NCBI GenBank assembly: GCA_964016885.1
Contig: OZ024743.1
Location: forward strand, 104,098,001 to 104,162,000
Source: Eledone cirrhosa
Taxonomy: Eukaryota
DNA: 64,000 bases
Direction: 5' to 3'
Each line of letters begins with the position of its first letter. Within the stretch, counting starts at the first letter, position 1. Below, piece after piece: positions 40,075-53,830 of this stretch. Under the pieces are notes generated by a model that made no database searches, had not been told where the DNA came from, and saw only the letters and a program-made list of their open reading frames with translations. The translations under genes were made by a program, and so were the position numbers.

Positions 40075-40428
40075 CATACATACATAAATATATATATATA
40101 TATATATGTATACATATAAAGATATATATATATAACATTATAATTGCCCATTGATGTAAAAGAAAATAGGAAGTTTCCATTGAGATCAGTATAAAAGGGA
40201 ATGTTTAAAACAGGTTAGACAGGTTTCAAACAAATAGAACTTAGAACTTTAGAAATACACTGAGAAACATTGCAGTAGCTAGTTTTCTTTATGGCTCTTT
40301 TAAAGATTAAATACCAGATATTTTTGAATCTTAAAAAAATGAATATTTACTAGATAAGGATCTTGAAATATATATATATACACATATATATGAATATATG
40401 AATATATAAATATGTATATATATAATGT

Positions 40429-40470
<42 letters not shown>

Positions 40471-40471
40471 G

Positions 40472-40507
<36 letters not shown>

Positions 40508-40576
40508 GTAAATATATATATATATATATATATATGAATATATGAATATATAAATATGTATATATATATAATGTAT

Positions 40577-40921
40577 ATCATCATCATTTTCATCATCATT
40601 TTACGTCCGCTTTTGCCTGCTTGCAAGGGTGGGACGGGAACGGATTCTGGCTTGATTTCTACAGCTGTATGCCCTTCCTAACACCAACCTCATTTACAGT
40701 GAGGGCTGGGTGCTATTTTGTTGTGGTACCTCCACGACCACTTTTCAGTGGAATGATATGGAGTTCAGTCCCTATAATCTCTTTTCTACAGCTGAGTAAA
40801 CTGGAGCAATGTGAAATAAAGTGTCTTGCTCAATGAAACAACACATCACCCAGTCTGAGAATTGAACTCACAACCTTACGATTGCAAGGCCAATGCTCTA
40901 ACCACTAAGCCATGTGCCTCC
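40577..40921 (-). mobile_element. SINE family B copy
   Basis: Reverse complement of family B. Confidence 0.85.
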
Positions 40922-41762
40922 GGGAGATTATTACATATAAAGGTTTACATATATATATATATAAAGTCATAGATATATATGTGTTTTGCAACGGGTCATG
41001 CTGTGGCTCAATGAAGAATTAATAAATTAAATAATCAGAGCTATATATCATAAAACATGTCTATAGAATCACCAGATAAGATACATACCGTTTCCTCTCC
41101 CAATTAGCATAATTAACCATATCAAAAATCAATTAGACCAAGCTATAAGAATAAAGGCTCCTATGAAGAAATCTCCGACAAATAACCGAAAGCAGGCCCT
41201 TCGCAGCAGTTATCTATGACTTTATATATATATGTAAACCTTTATATGTAATAATTTCCTATTAGGTTGAGATACAATTTGGCTGTATTGGGCTGCGCTT
41301 TCTAGCAAAAAGCCTACCAGCCGTAAGCAACTAATCACATCCTTTCTAACTTGACCGCTGCCACGTCACGATTCTTAGCCATTTTTTAATGTATTCTTGG
41401 CGCGATCACTTTGGAAAATTAATTGTCTAAATTTGAGCTAACTCCTGAAGAATCCGAAGCTCTAGATATCCAATGTTATCGGATGTCTTAAAATGCGGAT
41501 GAAACCATGGTAGAGGTAATTAAATATGTACGCATTTCTTCTAGTTTATTTTCAACCTAATTCTGTTTAGTTGAGCCTTTATTCTTATAGCTTGGTCTAA
41601 TTGATTTTTGATATGGTTAATTATGGTAATTGGGAGAGGAAACAGTATATATTTTATCTGGTGATTCTATAGACATGTTTTATGATATATAGCTCTGATT
41701 ATTTAATTTATTAATTCTTCATTGAGCCACAGCGTGACCCGTTGCAAAACACATATATCTAT

Positions 41763-41780
<18 letters not shown>
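40921..41780. mobile_element. Hammerhead-bearing element with long inverted termini
   Basis: About 40955-41160 is inverted at ~41572-41775. Central hammerhead at 41442-41515. Same family as 60690-61880. Confidence 0.75.
41442..41515 (+). ncRNA. Type I hammerhead with extended stem II
   Basis: CTC-CTGAAGA-ATCCG...AGATATCC..GGATGTCT...CGGAT-GAAA-CCATGG-TA-GAG. Palindromic stem III, GUA site. Confidence 0.78.
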
Positions 41781-41803
<23 letters not shown>

Positions 41804-42499
41804 CTTCATTTCACTGCTTGGACAGAACTACATAGACCATGTAAGCACTGAAGTGGGGCTACTGACCTCCCAGACAGGCTGGGGGATCTGTATCCTACAT
41901 TTGTATGGTCATCTCGAGTGCAGAGTAAAAGTTGTGACTTTTAATACAAATTGAAGGGTCCTTCTAACTCCTTGTTTAGCAAGCTATGTATGGCTAGATG
42001 CCCTTCCTAACTCTAACCACTTTATTGTGTCACAACTAAAGTTTCCTGTCAACAGGCGTGGTTTCTACAGTGGGGTGTCATTTCTGTGAGAGAGAGATGG
42101 TATGAAGTTATAGGTGTATGAGGGGATTTGGTAGGGCAATGAGTAAAGTGTAGGAGTGGCTGATTAGTATGTGGGGATGTAGTGGTATGAGGGATGTGGT
42201 CAAAATGGTGCGGGTTGGGGCGTGATGTAGAGATAGGTAGAGGGTAAGGGTTGAGTAAGAGGCAGGAGTAGCTGATTAGTGTATGGGGGGGAAAGGATGT
42301 AGTGGTGTGGGGGATGTCGTCGATAGAGAGGGAGGGTCATGGTGAAAAGATAGGCGAGGAGGTAAGGGTTGGTAGTGGGGAGGTGAGCAAGGGGTAGAGA
42401 GAGTAGATCCTGGGGTGCAATGGTGAGGATATCTAAGGTCTTGAGAGTGGGGTAGAAGTTAAGGAGTTATGGAAAGGTTAAGAATTACATCCAGACTTG

Positions 42500-42725
42500 T
42501 TGATGCTAATTACCCTGAAAACCAATATGGTTTCTATACAGGTTGGAGTACTTCTCCCTTTGTCAGGTTGCAGAAAAGGTTTGTGAAAAGAACTAGGAGC
42601 TGTTTATGGTTTTTATTGACTTGACCAAAGCCTTTGACACTCTCAATCACAAAGCTCTCTGGAAAATTCTCATAAAGCTTGGCATACTTGACAATATGTT
42701 GAATGTCATCATGTCTTTTCATCCA
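42500..42725 (+). pseudogene. RTE reverse transcriptase fragment
   Basis: PENQYGF...VFIDLTKAFDTLNHKALWKILIKLG...VIMSFH. Confidence 0.75.
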
Positions 42726-43024
42726 ACTCCACTCAAATCTTGTCATCTGCATGGACTGAAGTGCCATTTAAGGTATAATCATGACTGTTGAAACCTCACA
42801 CATCAAAATATGATGCTAGAGTCCATTATATTTGAACAACATGCTAGCATGACTCATCTCTATTGTTTAAACCAGAGATAGTTGTCCTTACACTTACTTG
42901 TGAGAAATCAATATTATTAGCAGAGTAATGTTGCCAGAGACTAGGTCTTTATATTCTTTTGTAATACAGTCCTTTTCAAAACTATTTCTTAATTTCCTGT
43001 AGATCTTCTTTTCAACTTAACATC

Positions 43025-43480
43025 CTGTACCACATGAAACTGCATGAGCAAAATACTCTTGTAAAATACAAAACAGTACAATAACTGCATCACATTAAAA
43101 ATTGGAGTCTTTACTCTGATACTGCAAATGTCTACAACAATCTGCCCATTAGTAAAGATAGTACACACATTTGAATTAATAAACCACATGAAACCCCATT
43201 AGCAAAACATTCCTGAAAAGTACTGCATTACATTAAAAACTGAAATATTTAGTTTATTACACATTTTCACAATTATCTGTCTGCTAGTAAAGATACTACA
43301 AACATTCGATTTAACAAACCACATGAAACCGCATTATGAAGACACTCTTGAAAATTACAAAACAACACTATATCTACCTCACATTAAACATTAAAATCTT
43401 TACTCTAATATTGCAAATTTTCACAATGATCTGTCCTCTAGTAAAGATAATATGAACATTTGAATCAACATATCCATTTT
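43025..43480. repeat. Three diverged ~140-155-bp tandem units of a dispersed repeat
   Basis: CCACATGAAAC...CTAGTAAAGATA...CATTTGAAT recurs. Related sequence lies at ~540-612/1200-1250 and 55770-56060. Confidence 0.6.
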
Positions 43481-45186
43481 TTCTGATATTTTCTGCTAAA
43501 TCATTACAGGATATTAACAATTAATGCAGTGAATCTTAGAAAGGTGAAAATAGTTTCCTTTTATATTCACTTTATTTAAGCATTGAGTGGGTAATGTCAG
43601 CTATTCCATCAAATTATAAATTTATTTAAAATATAATTTAATAATTTCAGTAGATTTTTATTAATTAATTGAAACTGTTTGTATTTCATGAGGAATATAT
43701 ATAATCACAAAGGGGCTATGGGTGGAAGTTTCTTTATGATAAGAAGATAGTAACATTGATCAAACAACTGGAACACTCATCATAGAAACTGATGTGAAAG
43801 CTATTTTGGTGTGTATGTCATCATCATCATCATCATTATCATTGTTTTACATTCACTTTCCATGCTGACATGGGTTGGATGGTTAGACTGATCAGGTGAT
43901 CACATCTTGCTCATACATTCAATATTTGGCCTGGTTTCTATGACTGGATGCCTTTCCTAACTCCAACCACATTACAAAGACAACTGAGAGCCATCAGAAA
44001 CGATGTTGAACCAACAGATGGCATCTAGAAGGCCATGGCTGAAGAGAAGTGACTAGTGGGATCAGTAGTATGTATACCACTTGGGTACAGACTGATGCTT
44101 GATAAATCTTCTGGATGAGGGCAACTACACTGTAAGACCTGAAACACTTGGTGACTCCAGGATACAATATTGATGATGTGTCCAAGGTTTGACATCCATA
44201 AATATGTCAAGAACTAATAAATGATTTTGCCTATAATTTTCAAATCATTTTGAAACTATTCTAGAATTTGGAGGGATTTAGTAATATAACTAATATTTCA
44301 TTATTAAGTTGGTGGAACATAACTTAACAAGGGGTCTTGTATAAAAACTATCCTAGAAGATTTTTATATAAATATAAACACTTTAAAATAAAGAACATAG
44401 TATCATAGAAACTGATGTGGTTTCAGGTGGTTTGGTATTAAAAGAGTTAAATAATATTATGATTTCAAATCTCATAGTTGTGAATATATGCTATAAACTA
44501 GAAGGTGGTGTTCACGAGCAGCTTGTCTGCTGAGGGTTGGGTATTCTAAATTTATAAATATAGAATCAGCTATTCTTTTCTTTTGAGTGGGTGTGGTCTT
44601 TGAGCTCATGAAGGAGAGAGGGAGGAATGTGTAGAGGAGAGAATGAGTGTGAGGGACATAGATAAACTTACATATATGGAGAGGTAAAAATAGGAAAACT
44701 GACAGTGAGGGAAAGAGAGAACAAGAAAACTATGATCTGCATAGATGTATATTTTTATATCATTAATACTTATATGAGAGAGGGTAGTTAATTGGTAGTA
44801 ATTAGCGCAACAGATTATAAGTGCCTTAGTATATCTTCTGACTCACTATGCTCTTAGTTCAAATCTTGCCTAGGTCAACTTTTTGGTGTCATCCTTTAAA
44901 GGTTGGTAAATAAAATATCAGTCCAGTATTGTGGCTGGGTTTTCCACTATCTCTCTCCTTTTTTCTTTCTCTGTAAGAATGGTGCCCCTACAATTCTGTT
45001 AAGTATTAAGGGCTCTTTACTTTTACTACTTATATGAAATACACACACCAATTATGTTTTTCAATTAATTTTGTAAATAATCAAGAATTAGAAGAAATTT
45101 ATTTGAATAACTAATCATATTATTAAGTTGGTGTTTAATACATAGCTTAACAAATAAATTCTTCCATGACAATATTTTTTATTTAA

Positions 45187-45407
45187 CCCTTTAGCATTTA
45201 CATTACTCTATATTTACTATTATATGTTCACAGTAAAGGCTTTACCTCACATAATTATCTCACATGATATCGAATCTATGAGATTTTGATATTATTTATT
45301 TTGAGAATAACACCTTAACATCAGTATGAGCAGCCAATTATGGCCAGTTTGAACAGAAAGAGGTGAGAGAATTCTGGCCAGATACAGCTGGTTTATATGC
45401 TAAAGGG
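45187..45407. mobile_element. piggyBac-like MITE
   Basis: TTAA|CCCTTTAGCAT...ATGCTAAAGGG|TTAA. Confidence 0.78.
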
Positions 45408-48142
45408 TTAAATATCAGGTTTAGAATATTTAGAAGTGACTAAAAGAGCAAAATATAGTTTGTTCCAGCTCCAGAGACTCATTAGGCCAGTGGTTATCCT
45501 GGTTTCATCAGTATTAACTGACTGAGAGTACAAAACTTCCTTTAGAATAGTGCTCCAGTACACTCAGTTGAACACGAGTACCAGCAGTAGCTGAAGGTTA
45601 ACCTTGCATTGCATAAAATATAATGGTCCAATATAATAAAACATTGTTAATATTTAATCGACTTGGTAATCCAATCTCTCAATTTGTTCAGTAATTTGCT
45701 CACCAAATCAATCCAGCTTCCATTATTTTTTATTTATTTATTTATTTAATAGAATTTTTTTCTTAAATATCAATGTTAATAAACAAAATAAATTATAAGA
45801 ACAAAAAAAATAATAATAGAAAAAACAAATAAAATAAAACAAAACCAAAAAATCGATAATAAATGAAAATTATAATAAAAAATAAATCGCAGACTAAAAT
45901 GTAGAAATTTGTGTTAAAAGAAACAAAATATAATGAAAAATTCCATCTCATTTCACAAAATAATTTTTTGATTAGTTAACTTTAAAAACTTCCCACTTCA
46001 AAAGTAACAATACACCTTGAAGATGGCTTTTGTATAATGATATTGGTGAAACAAAATGTTAAAGGCTTAATATTTTAGTTTATCAAAATGATGACAATGA
46101 TGGTGGTGATGGTGGTGGTAGTAATTATGAAAATGATGATGATGTTGTTGATGATAGTGATGATGATGACAATGATGATGAAGGTGGTCGTGGTCAGATG
46201 ATAATGGTGGGGGAAATTATAATGAGAATGATGACGATTGTGATGAGGGTGGTGACGATGGTGGCAGTGATGATTATAATGATAGTGATGATGATGATGA
46301 TGATGATAATGAGGAAGAAGATAGCGATGATGGTTATGATGATTATGATGATGATGTAAGAGAACATTCTCCAACATGCAGAACTCCAGGTACATGCCAC
46401 CTCATGATCCCAGCAGACAGAAAAGTGATTGCATTACTCTGGAGGATAGTGAGATTCATGCTTTGATACCACCATTCCAACTCTTGGGGCTTACTCCTGC
46501 AAGTGGCCAACTCTGAGTAGAGAAGTTTTTCTCAGAGATCCAGAACACCAAAAGTCTTCACTGAAAAAGGTTCAATGACAAATCTATTGGAAAATGGCTA
46601 ATATTTCAACATAATCATGTTTGTCAATTGTTGTATTGCAGACACCAACAACACCAAAACAGTCAAGGAAAGGAGGGAGCCTCTATATTTTTGTGCAATC
46701 TGTTAAAAATAGCAGCCAAATCTCCCCCTAATCACTATCTTAGTGAAGGACACATTAGATAATGCAATCCTGGGTTTGCTGTACATGGGAAAAAGAAAAG
46801 ATTATCATAGCTGGAATGCTTTTGATCATGTCTGATAAATCAGGGCTGACGTGGGGCTAAATAACTACCACAACAACCAAAAAACTCCCAGTCCACCCTG
46901 TGCTGGTGCCACAATAAAAAGCCTCCAGTTCACCCAATAATGTGGTGGTGCTGGTGCCATGATAAAAAGCACCGAATTTATCTTCTAAGTTGGTAGTGCT
47001 TGGATCGTGATAAAAAGCACCCATAAAGTAGTAGTTCTGGTGCAATGATAAAAAGCATCCAGCCCACCCTGTAAGGTGGTAGTGCTGGTGCCAAAATAAA
47101 AAGCACCCACTCCACCCTGTAAGTTAGTTGTGCTGGTGCTACAACAAAAAGCACTCAGTAACCTTTAATAGTTGGTATTACTAGTTCCACAAAAAGCACC
47201 CAGTCCACCCTGTAAGGTAGTTGGCATGAGGAAAGATAAACCAAGCCAAAAATGTAAGGCATGTGCAAGACATAGTTATCTACCTGTCTAGCCACATAAT
47301 GTGACAGCCCATCTAACTCATGCAAGCATGGAAAATAGATGTCAATGGTGATGATGATTATGATGATGATGATGATGAGCAACAGACTCAGTGAAATCAT
47401 CCATTATTGAACTTGGAAAGAGTTATTTGGAAAAGTGAAGGGGAGGTTGAGGGTGCGGGATGTGTGGGAGTGGGTATCATCTAATTTTATGGAATAATTT
47501 TCACGTCACTAACTTTGTGTTGAAACCTTTTTTCTAAATAACAATATACTTCTAATATGGCTTTTGTGGAATGGAAATGGTAAAACAAAATGCCAAATAA
47601 TTTTAACATTTTTAGTTTATCAAAATTATGAAGCTGGTGAAAATTGTGAAAAAGATGAAATGCCAAATTTTTTATACTTTTGTCTATCCCAACAACAACA
47701 ACAACAACAACAGTAACACCACCAGTACAAACAACAACAACACACAACAGCACCACCATTACCATCAACAACAATAACAACAACACTAGTGACAACAATA
47801 ACTTCAGCAGCATCAATGACAACAACTAACAACTACAATGAAAACCACAACAACAACAACAACAACAACAGTAACAGCAAGGACACCAGCACTAAGAATG
47901 ACAACAACAACAAAATCTTCAGCAACAGCAACAATGATAACAAAAACAAGAAAAATAGTAGGAAAATCAATGGAGTACACATGAAGAGAAACCGAAGTGA
48001 AGCAAATGAAAACATTCAGTAATGCACTGGGTAATTGCTGGCCTTGTGCCTAAAGTAGAAACAATTATAACATAGGAAAGAACTAATATTTCATGAGTAG
48101 TTTGTCAGAGAAGAAACTAAAGTGAAGAATGTAACATTAGAA

Positions 48143-48493
48143 CAGGGGTTCCCAGTCCTTTTTTGCATCATTGGCCACTTTCAGATGGAAACATTTTCCA
48201 CTGCCCACCTGTATGGTAAATATTCAAAAGCATTCCAAAAATGTTTGGTAAAAGTTTGTTACTGGCTCATTATTCCCATTTAGCCTCCTTTTTTTAATGT
48301 ATGAGTTCTTTGCATATCTCCTTTGAATATTTTTAGTGGTAGCATATGTTGAAATACCTTATTTATACTCAAAATCCTATTTCACCCACCAAAATTTTCA
48401 ATCGCCCACCATTTTCTGTTCAGTTACTTATTGCCCACTCAACAGCTGAAATCGCCCACCGGTGGGCAATATCACCCAGGTTGGGCAACCCTG
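48143..48493. mobile_element. hAT (Charlie-like) MITE
   Basis: TIRs CAGGGGTTCCCA / TGGGCAACCCTG and imperfect 8-bp TSD CATTAGAA/TATTAGAG. Confidence 0.7.
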
Positions 48494-49399
48494 TATTAGA
48501 GGTACAAAATCAAAGACATATAACTTTAAACCAAGAAATATAGATATAGTAAAACAAGAGTTAACTGAAAGATGGACAAATCATCATCATCACCATCACC
48601 ATCAATTTATGTTCACTTTTCCCACTAACAAGGGATGGATGGTTTGTCACAGACTAATTCTGTACTTAATCAGAACTACTGACTTCTCAGATGGGCTGGG
48701 GGCTTAATCTTGCTTACATATGTTCTTGCATTTAGCATTTATTGTGGCACCAGCACTATCAATTTACAGTGTCAGCTGAGTACATATTGTAGAACCAGCA
48801 ATATGTGGAAATTGTCATTGGAAGAAATATCCATCTGTAATCACCATCATCATCACTTAACATCTGTTTTCCTTGCTTGCAAGAGTTGGCCAGATCGTAA
48901 CAGATCAAACTACTATTTAATTAGAGCTACTGATCTCTCAGATGGGTTGGGGATTACACCTTACTTACATAAATTCTTGTACAATGCAGTATATACTGGG
49001 TATATTTTATTGTGTGAATAAGGGAGGTTGACATGTCTTTGACACAGCTGAATTGTAGAAGACTTACCAAACAAAGGCTCAAGAGGACACTTCAGGTGTG
49101 TCAAAAACATTAAACCTTCCCTCTGTAGAATGCATAAGTAAATGAAATTTGGACAATGACTTACCCGAGAGGTCAGTAGCTGCAATCATGTACTAACATG
49201 ATTCATGATGACCCATGCAACATTTGCTAGCAGAAAAAGTGGACAGTAAATGATGGTGATGAAGATGATGATGTTTCTATCCAACAACCTACTGTGCAGT
49301 TTCTGTCTATCAAATTTCAGCCCCACATGAATTTCCTTCTCCTCAATTTTAAAGAGAAACCCTTCTTCTTCACCCACTTATTCCTGGGAGGGTCATTAG

Positions 49400-49960
49400 G
49401 GAAGAGTCCTCAAACACTTCTTCCAGTGGGTTCTGTCAGCAGCAACTTTCTCCAATTGACCCAGCTGGATCCCCAAGCGAGACCAGCTGAGCTCAGGGAT
49501 GTTATCCAACCATCTTGCTCGGGGTCTACTCCTGGGTTTCTTGCCAATTGGTTTGCCCGTAAAATCTGTCCAGCGAATCTTTCCTGAAACATTCTAACTA
49601 CATGTCTGTAGTATTAGAGCTGTGATCTCTCAATTTGGAGAAGTAGCAGCTATACTTGGAGTGATTCTCTCATCTCCGAGCTATGCACTCTATTTAGTAA
49701 TGTTGCTCCAAAGTCCCTTCAGAGGAACCCCCATTTCAGCTGCTTGTATTTGTGATTATATTCTTTCATTCATTACTCAAGATTGATGACCATAGGTAAG
49801 GGTTGGCATGAATACCAAATTGAAGATAGCAAGTTTGGCTTCTATACCTACCTCCCTTCTTTTGATTACCGAATGCTGAAGCTGGTGCATTAATGCACCA
49901 CTTCATGCCTACCATCACTCATGACACATGGCCCTGAGATACTTGAACTTCTCCAGACAT
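49400..49960 (-). pseudogene. Decayed RTE LINE C-terminus
   Basis: Minus-strand LLQIERSQL*YYRHVVRMFQERFAGQILRAN resembles the RTE 'QLRWYGHV.RM' region. Confidence 0.6.
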
Positions 49961-50886
49961 ATTTGACACACCATCTGAATGGTAGAATATGAAATTATTT
50001 TTATAAACAGCTGATTCTATACTGTTTTAAGCTCTATCTATGTAATCCCAGTTACACACATACATACATATATACATGTAGGTGTGTGCATGATGTATAT
50101 GCAAATTGTAGGTGTATATATATATATACACACACACACACATCATCATCGTTTAATGTCTATCTTCCACACTAGCATGGGTTTATATGTAATATGTATG
50201 TATGTATACATTATATATATATATGTATGTGTGCATATATGTGATGTGTGTGTAGAGGGTATACACTTCCATACTTTAACACACAAGTGTATTGTATTTG
50301 AATATGAATATATATCTTTGTGTGTTTCTACATGCTCTCTCATATGTACGTCATCATCATCCTCATCACCATTTAACATCTATTTTCTATGCTAGCATAT
50401 GTTAGATGAGTTGTCCCATTGGGAGACAAGTCAGATCAGATGACTGTGACTTGCACATACAGAACAGTTTCTGACTTGGTCTCTATGGCTAGATGCCCTT
50501 CCTAATGCCAACCATATTTACACCATGTACTGTGTGCTTTCAAGTACAACACCAAAACAACTAACTGACAGGTTAGGCTATGTGCATTTTGACACATTAC
50601 CAACATGGATGCTTTATAGATTTAACTGGGTGTTTTTTTGTTGTGTGACCACACAACTACTTTACAGGTTTGACTGGATGCTTTTTGCTGTGTCACCATG
50701 ACCACATTACTGGGTGCACTGAGTGCTTTTTGTTGTGTCACCATCATGACTCCCTTACAGAGTGGACTGGGTGTTCTATTGTCAGGACAATTTTTTTTTG
50801 TTGTTACTAGTATGGCCACCTTACTAGGTGGACTAGGAGCTTTTAGTCATTTCAGTAGCATTGTGCGAGGGGTTGTGTCCAGCTTA

Positions 50887-51233
50887 TCATCATCATCATC
50901 ATCATCATTATTTTACGTCCGCTTTTCCCTGCTTGCAAGGGTGGGACGGGAACTGATTCTGGCTTGATTTCTACAGCTGGATGCCCTTCCTAACACCAAC
51001 CTCATTTACAGTGAGTGCTGGGTGCTTTTTTGCCGTGGCACCTCCACGACCACTTTGCAGTGGAATGATAAGGACCGCAGTGCCTATCATCTCATTTCTA
51101 CAGCTGAGTAAACTGGAGCAATGTGAAATAAAGTGTCTTGCTCAAGGAAACAACACATAACCCGGTCTGAGAATTGAACTCACAACCTTTCGATTGCAAG
51201 GCCAATGCTCTAACCACTAAGCCATGTGCCTCC
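50887..51233 (-). mobile_element. SINE family B copy
   Basis: Full-length reverse complement of family B. Confidence 0.88.
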
Positions 51234-51331
51234 ATATTTATATATGTGTATATATATATATATCATCATCATCATCATCATCGTTTAACGTCTATCTTCC
51301 ACGCTACCATGGGTTAGGGTTAGGATTAGGG

Positions 51332-51414
<83 letters not shown>

Positions 51415-51581
51415 CACACACACATATATATATATATATCAAGTAAGTATGTTTTTGAAACAGCGAGTGAGTTTGAAAATAGAAATAGAAGCTCTTTTGC
51501 CGTATTTTTGACTAAAGAAATTTTAGCCTGATAGTGGGGTTTAGAACCCTCTAAGAAATGGAAAAAGATGAGTATTGATGT

Positions 51582-51635
<54 letters not shown>

Positions 51636-52430
51636 CATCATCATCATCATTTAACGTTTGTTTGTATGAATGCACCACATATGCTTGTCTGGGTAAATAC
51701 ACAACATGAGAGGTTGTTAGCCAACACTTTGATACATTTATCTATTGGGATAATAATATGTTAATATATCAATCTTGTTAACAGACTCTCATGCTATGTA
51801 TTTACCTAATTCTATTTGCTATATTATATTAATATGTTAATATATGTAATGGCTTGTAAGGTTAGTGTTGAGGAGTGATATATTAGATTACTGTTACTAA
51901 ATGGTAAAAAGAGATTTGTTGGGCGTTTGGCTTTTCAGAATCCATCATTTGAGTGAGAGGAAATGTAGGTGTTCTGTTAGATAATTAATTGCTGGGGAAT
52001 GAATATCTGGGGAATAGACTTCACATTTCAGTGCTTAAGTTTGTTAGCAGAGTCAGATTGTTGTTGATGTAGTTGTTAAGTGAAATAACACTGCAAAATT
52101 ACAATCAATAGGGAAGTGTTTCATGTGGATACAGCATAGCGAAATGGTTAAGAAGTTCACTTCATAATCATTACGACCTAAGTTCGATTTCATTGTATGG
52201 CATCCTTGACCAAGTGTCATTTACCATAGCCTCTGGTCGGCCCATGCTTTGTGAGAAAAATTGTATAGGAAGAAACTATTTCGAAGCTATTTTATAGCAT
52301 AGGTTTGTATAGGCTTGGTTTTGGTCTTGCTGGGAGTGTTTTGGGTATAGTTCTGTAGGATATGATTAGTTATTTTCTATGTCTAATGTGGTATGTATAT
52401 GGCAGGTCAGGTTAGATTTAGGTATATATA

Positions 52431-52620
52431 TAATTGTTTCTACTTTTGGCACAAGGCCAGTAATTACCCAGTACATTACTGGTACTTTATTTTAGCGACG
52501 ACCCCGTAAGGATGAAAGGTAAAGTTAACCTCGGCGGGATTTGAACTCAGAATGGCAAGGGCCATAACTCTATACGTCAAAGCATGGTGTCTGACCCTCT
52601 ACCGATACTGCCAATCCACA
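52431..52620 (-). mobile_element. SINE family A copy
   Basis: Reverse complement of family A. Further copies at 53844-54030 (+), 54364-54536 (-) and 60151-60332 (+). Confidence 0.82.
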
Positions 52621-52895
52621 GGCTGTACCAGTAATTTGTCTCACATCATATCCCACTGAATTTCGCTAGGAATAACATTAATGGCACATATGTTTGTGGG
52701 ATGCTCAGACCCTTGCACGTTAATTTTATGAGCAGGATGTTCCATTGATTGAACAATGTTGGAGCTTCTAAATCTTTAATAAATACTTATCTGCTCACTA
52801 TTTCTAACTTTGCCTTTCATCCTTATGGGGTCGATAAAGTAAAGTACCAGTAATACACTGGGTAATTGCTGGCCTTGTGCCAAAAGTAGAAACAA

Positions 52896-53830
52896 TCTAT
52901 ATATATAAAACTGTGGTTGTCTGTCTGTCTATCGATTTTTGGCACACATCTCCTCTTAGAATCTCTCACGGAATTGCACCGAAATTGCTATACTTGTACA
53001 TTGAGCCCTAGCGAAGACATCGGAAAAAAAAAATTTCAAATTGACCCACCCTATGTGACGAAATCGAATATAATGTATCGATTTTTGAGCGTAAGTTATC
53101 AGTTATTTCCCTTTGTTCTGTTTACATTGAGCGTCTTACGTAAAAAATTACGCTGGCTTTCTCAGCGTTTAAAATGACATTAACACAATACACGAACACT
53201 AATCTTCCGTTTTGCTTCATTTCCATTTAAAAGCATTTTAAAACAATATTTTTACTTGAAAACAAGTCTATTTAAAGACTACGTAAAACAAGCAAATATT
53301 TCGTCGTTAGGCGTGCAGACAGACAGTCGTGCAGACACACAGTCGTGCAGAGAGGTGATATACGCGTGCAGACAGATAGTCGTGCAGAGAGGTGATATAG
53401 GCGTGCAGACAGACAGTCGTGCAGAGAGGTGATATAGGCGTGCAGACAGACAGTCGTGCAGAGAGGTGATATACGCGTGCAGACAGATAGTCGTGCAGAG
53501 AGGTGATATAGGCGTGCAGACAGACATAACTGATAATTTGGTTACGCTAATGTTTTTCTCTGCGTTGCAGTGTTTACATTTTCGATCTTTGTTAATAAAT
53601 AACCAGTGCAGTTTCTATCCCCAGCATCCTCTTTTGTTATAACATTCGGGTTATCGTTATGTTTTCTTAACTTCATAAGGCATATTGTTGGTTGAGGGAA
53701 TATTATCAAAAACACCACATGCAAGTCTGCACAGTAGACACTACAGTTTTTAAGCCAAGAAAGAAACTTAACATTGTAACTTTAACACAGCTACTGAGCG
53801 ACCCCGAGCAACGCCGGGCTTTACTGCTAG
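52896..53830 (+). mobile_element. Non-autonomous Helitron with internal 37-bp minisatellite (53310-53526)
   Basis: 5' TCTATATATATAAAA, 3' hairpin CCCG AGCAACGC CGGG, then CTAG. Inserted between A and T with no TSD. Confidence 0.88.

Noticed and set aside
41158-41200. ATGAAGA...CCGAAAGC second hammerhead-like core
   Set aside because: The first core base is A in all copies, and stems I and II do not pair.
51900-52420. Possible Penelope GIY-YIG C-terminal remnant on the minus strand
   Set aside because: Only a vague resemblance in manual translation; too decayed to call without a profile search.
53310-53526. Regular 37-bp repeats resembling a CRISPR array
   Set aside because: Contiguous tandem units without spacers, inside a Helitron.
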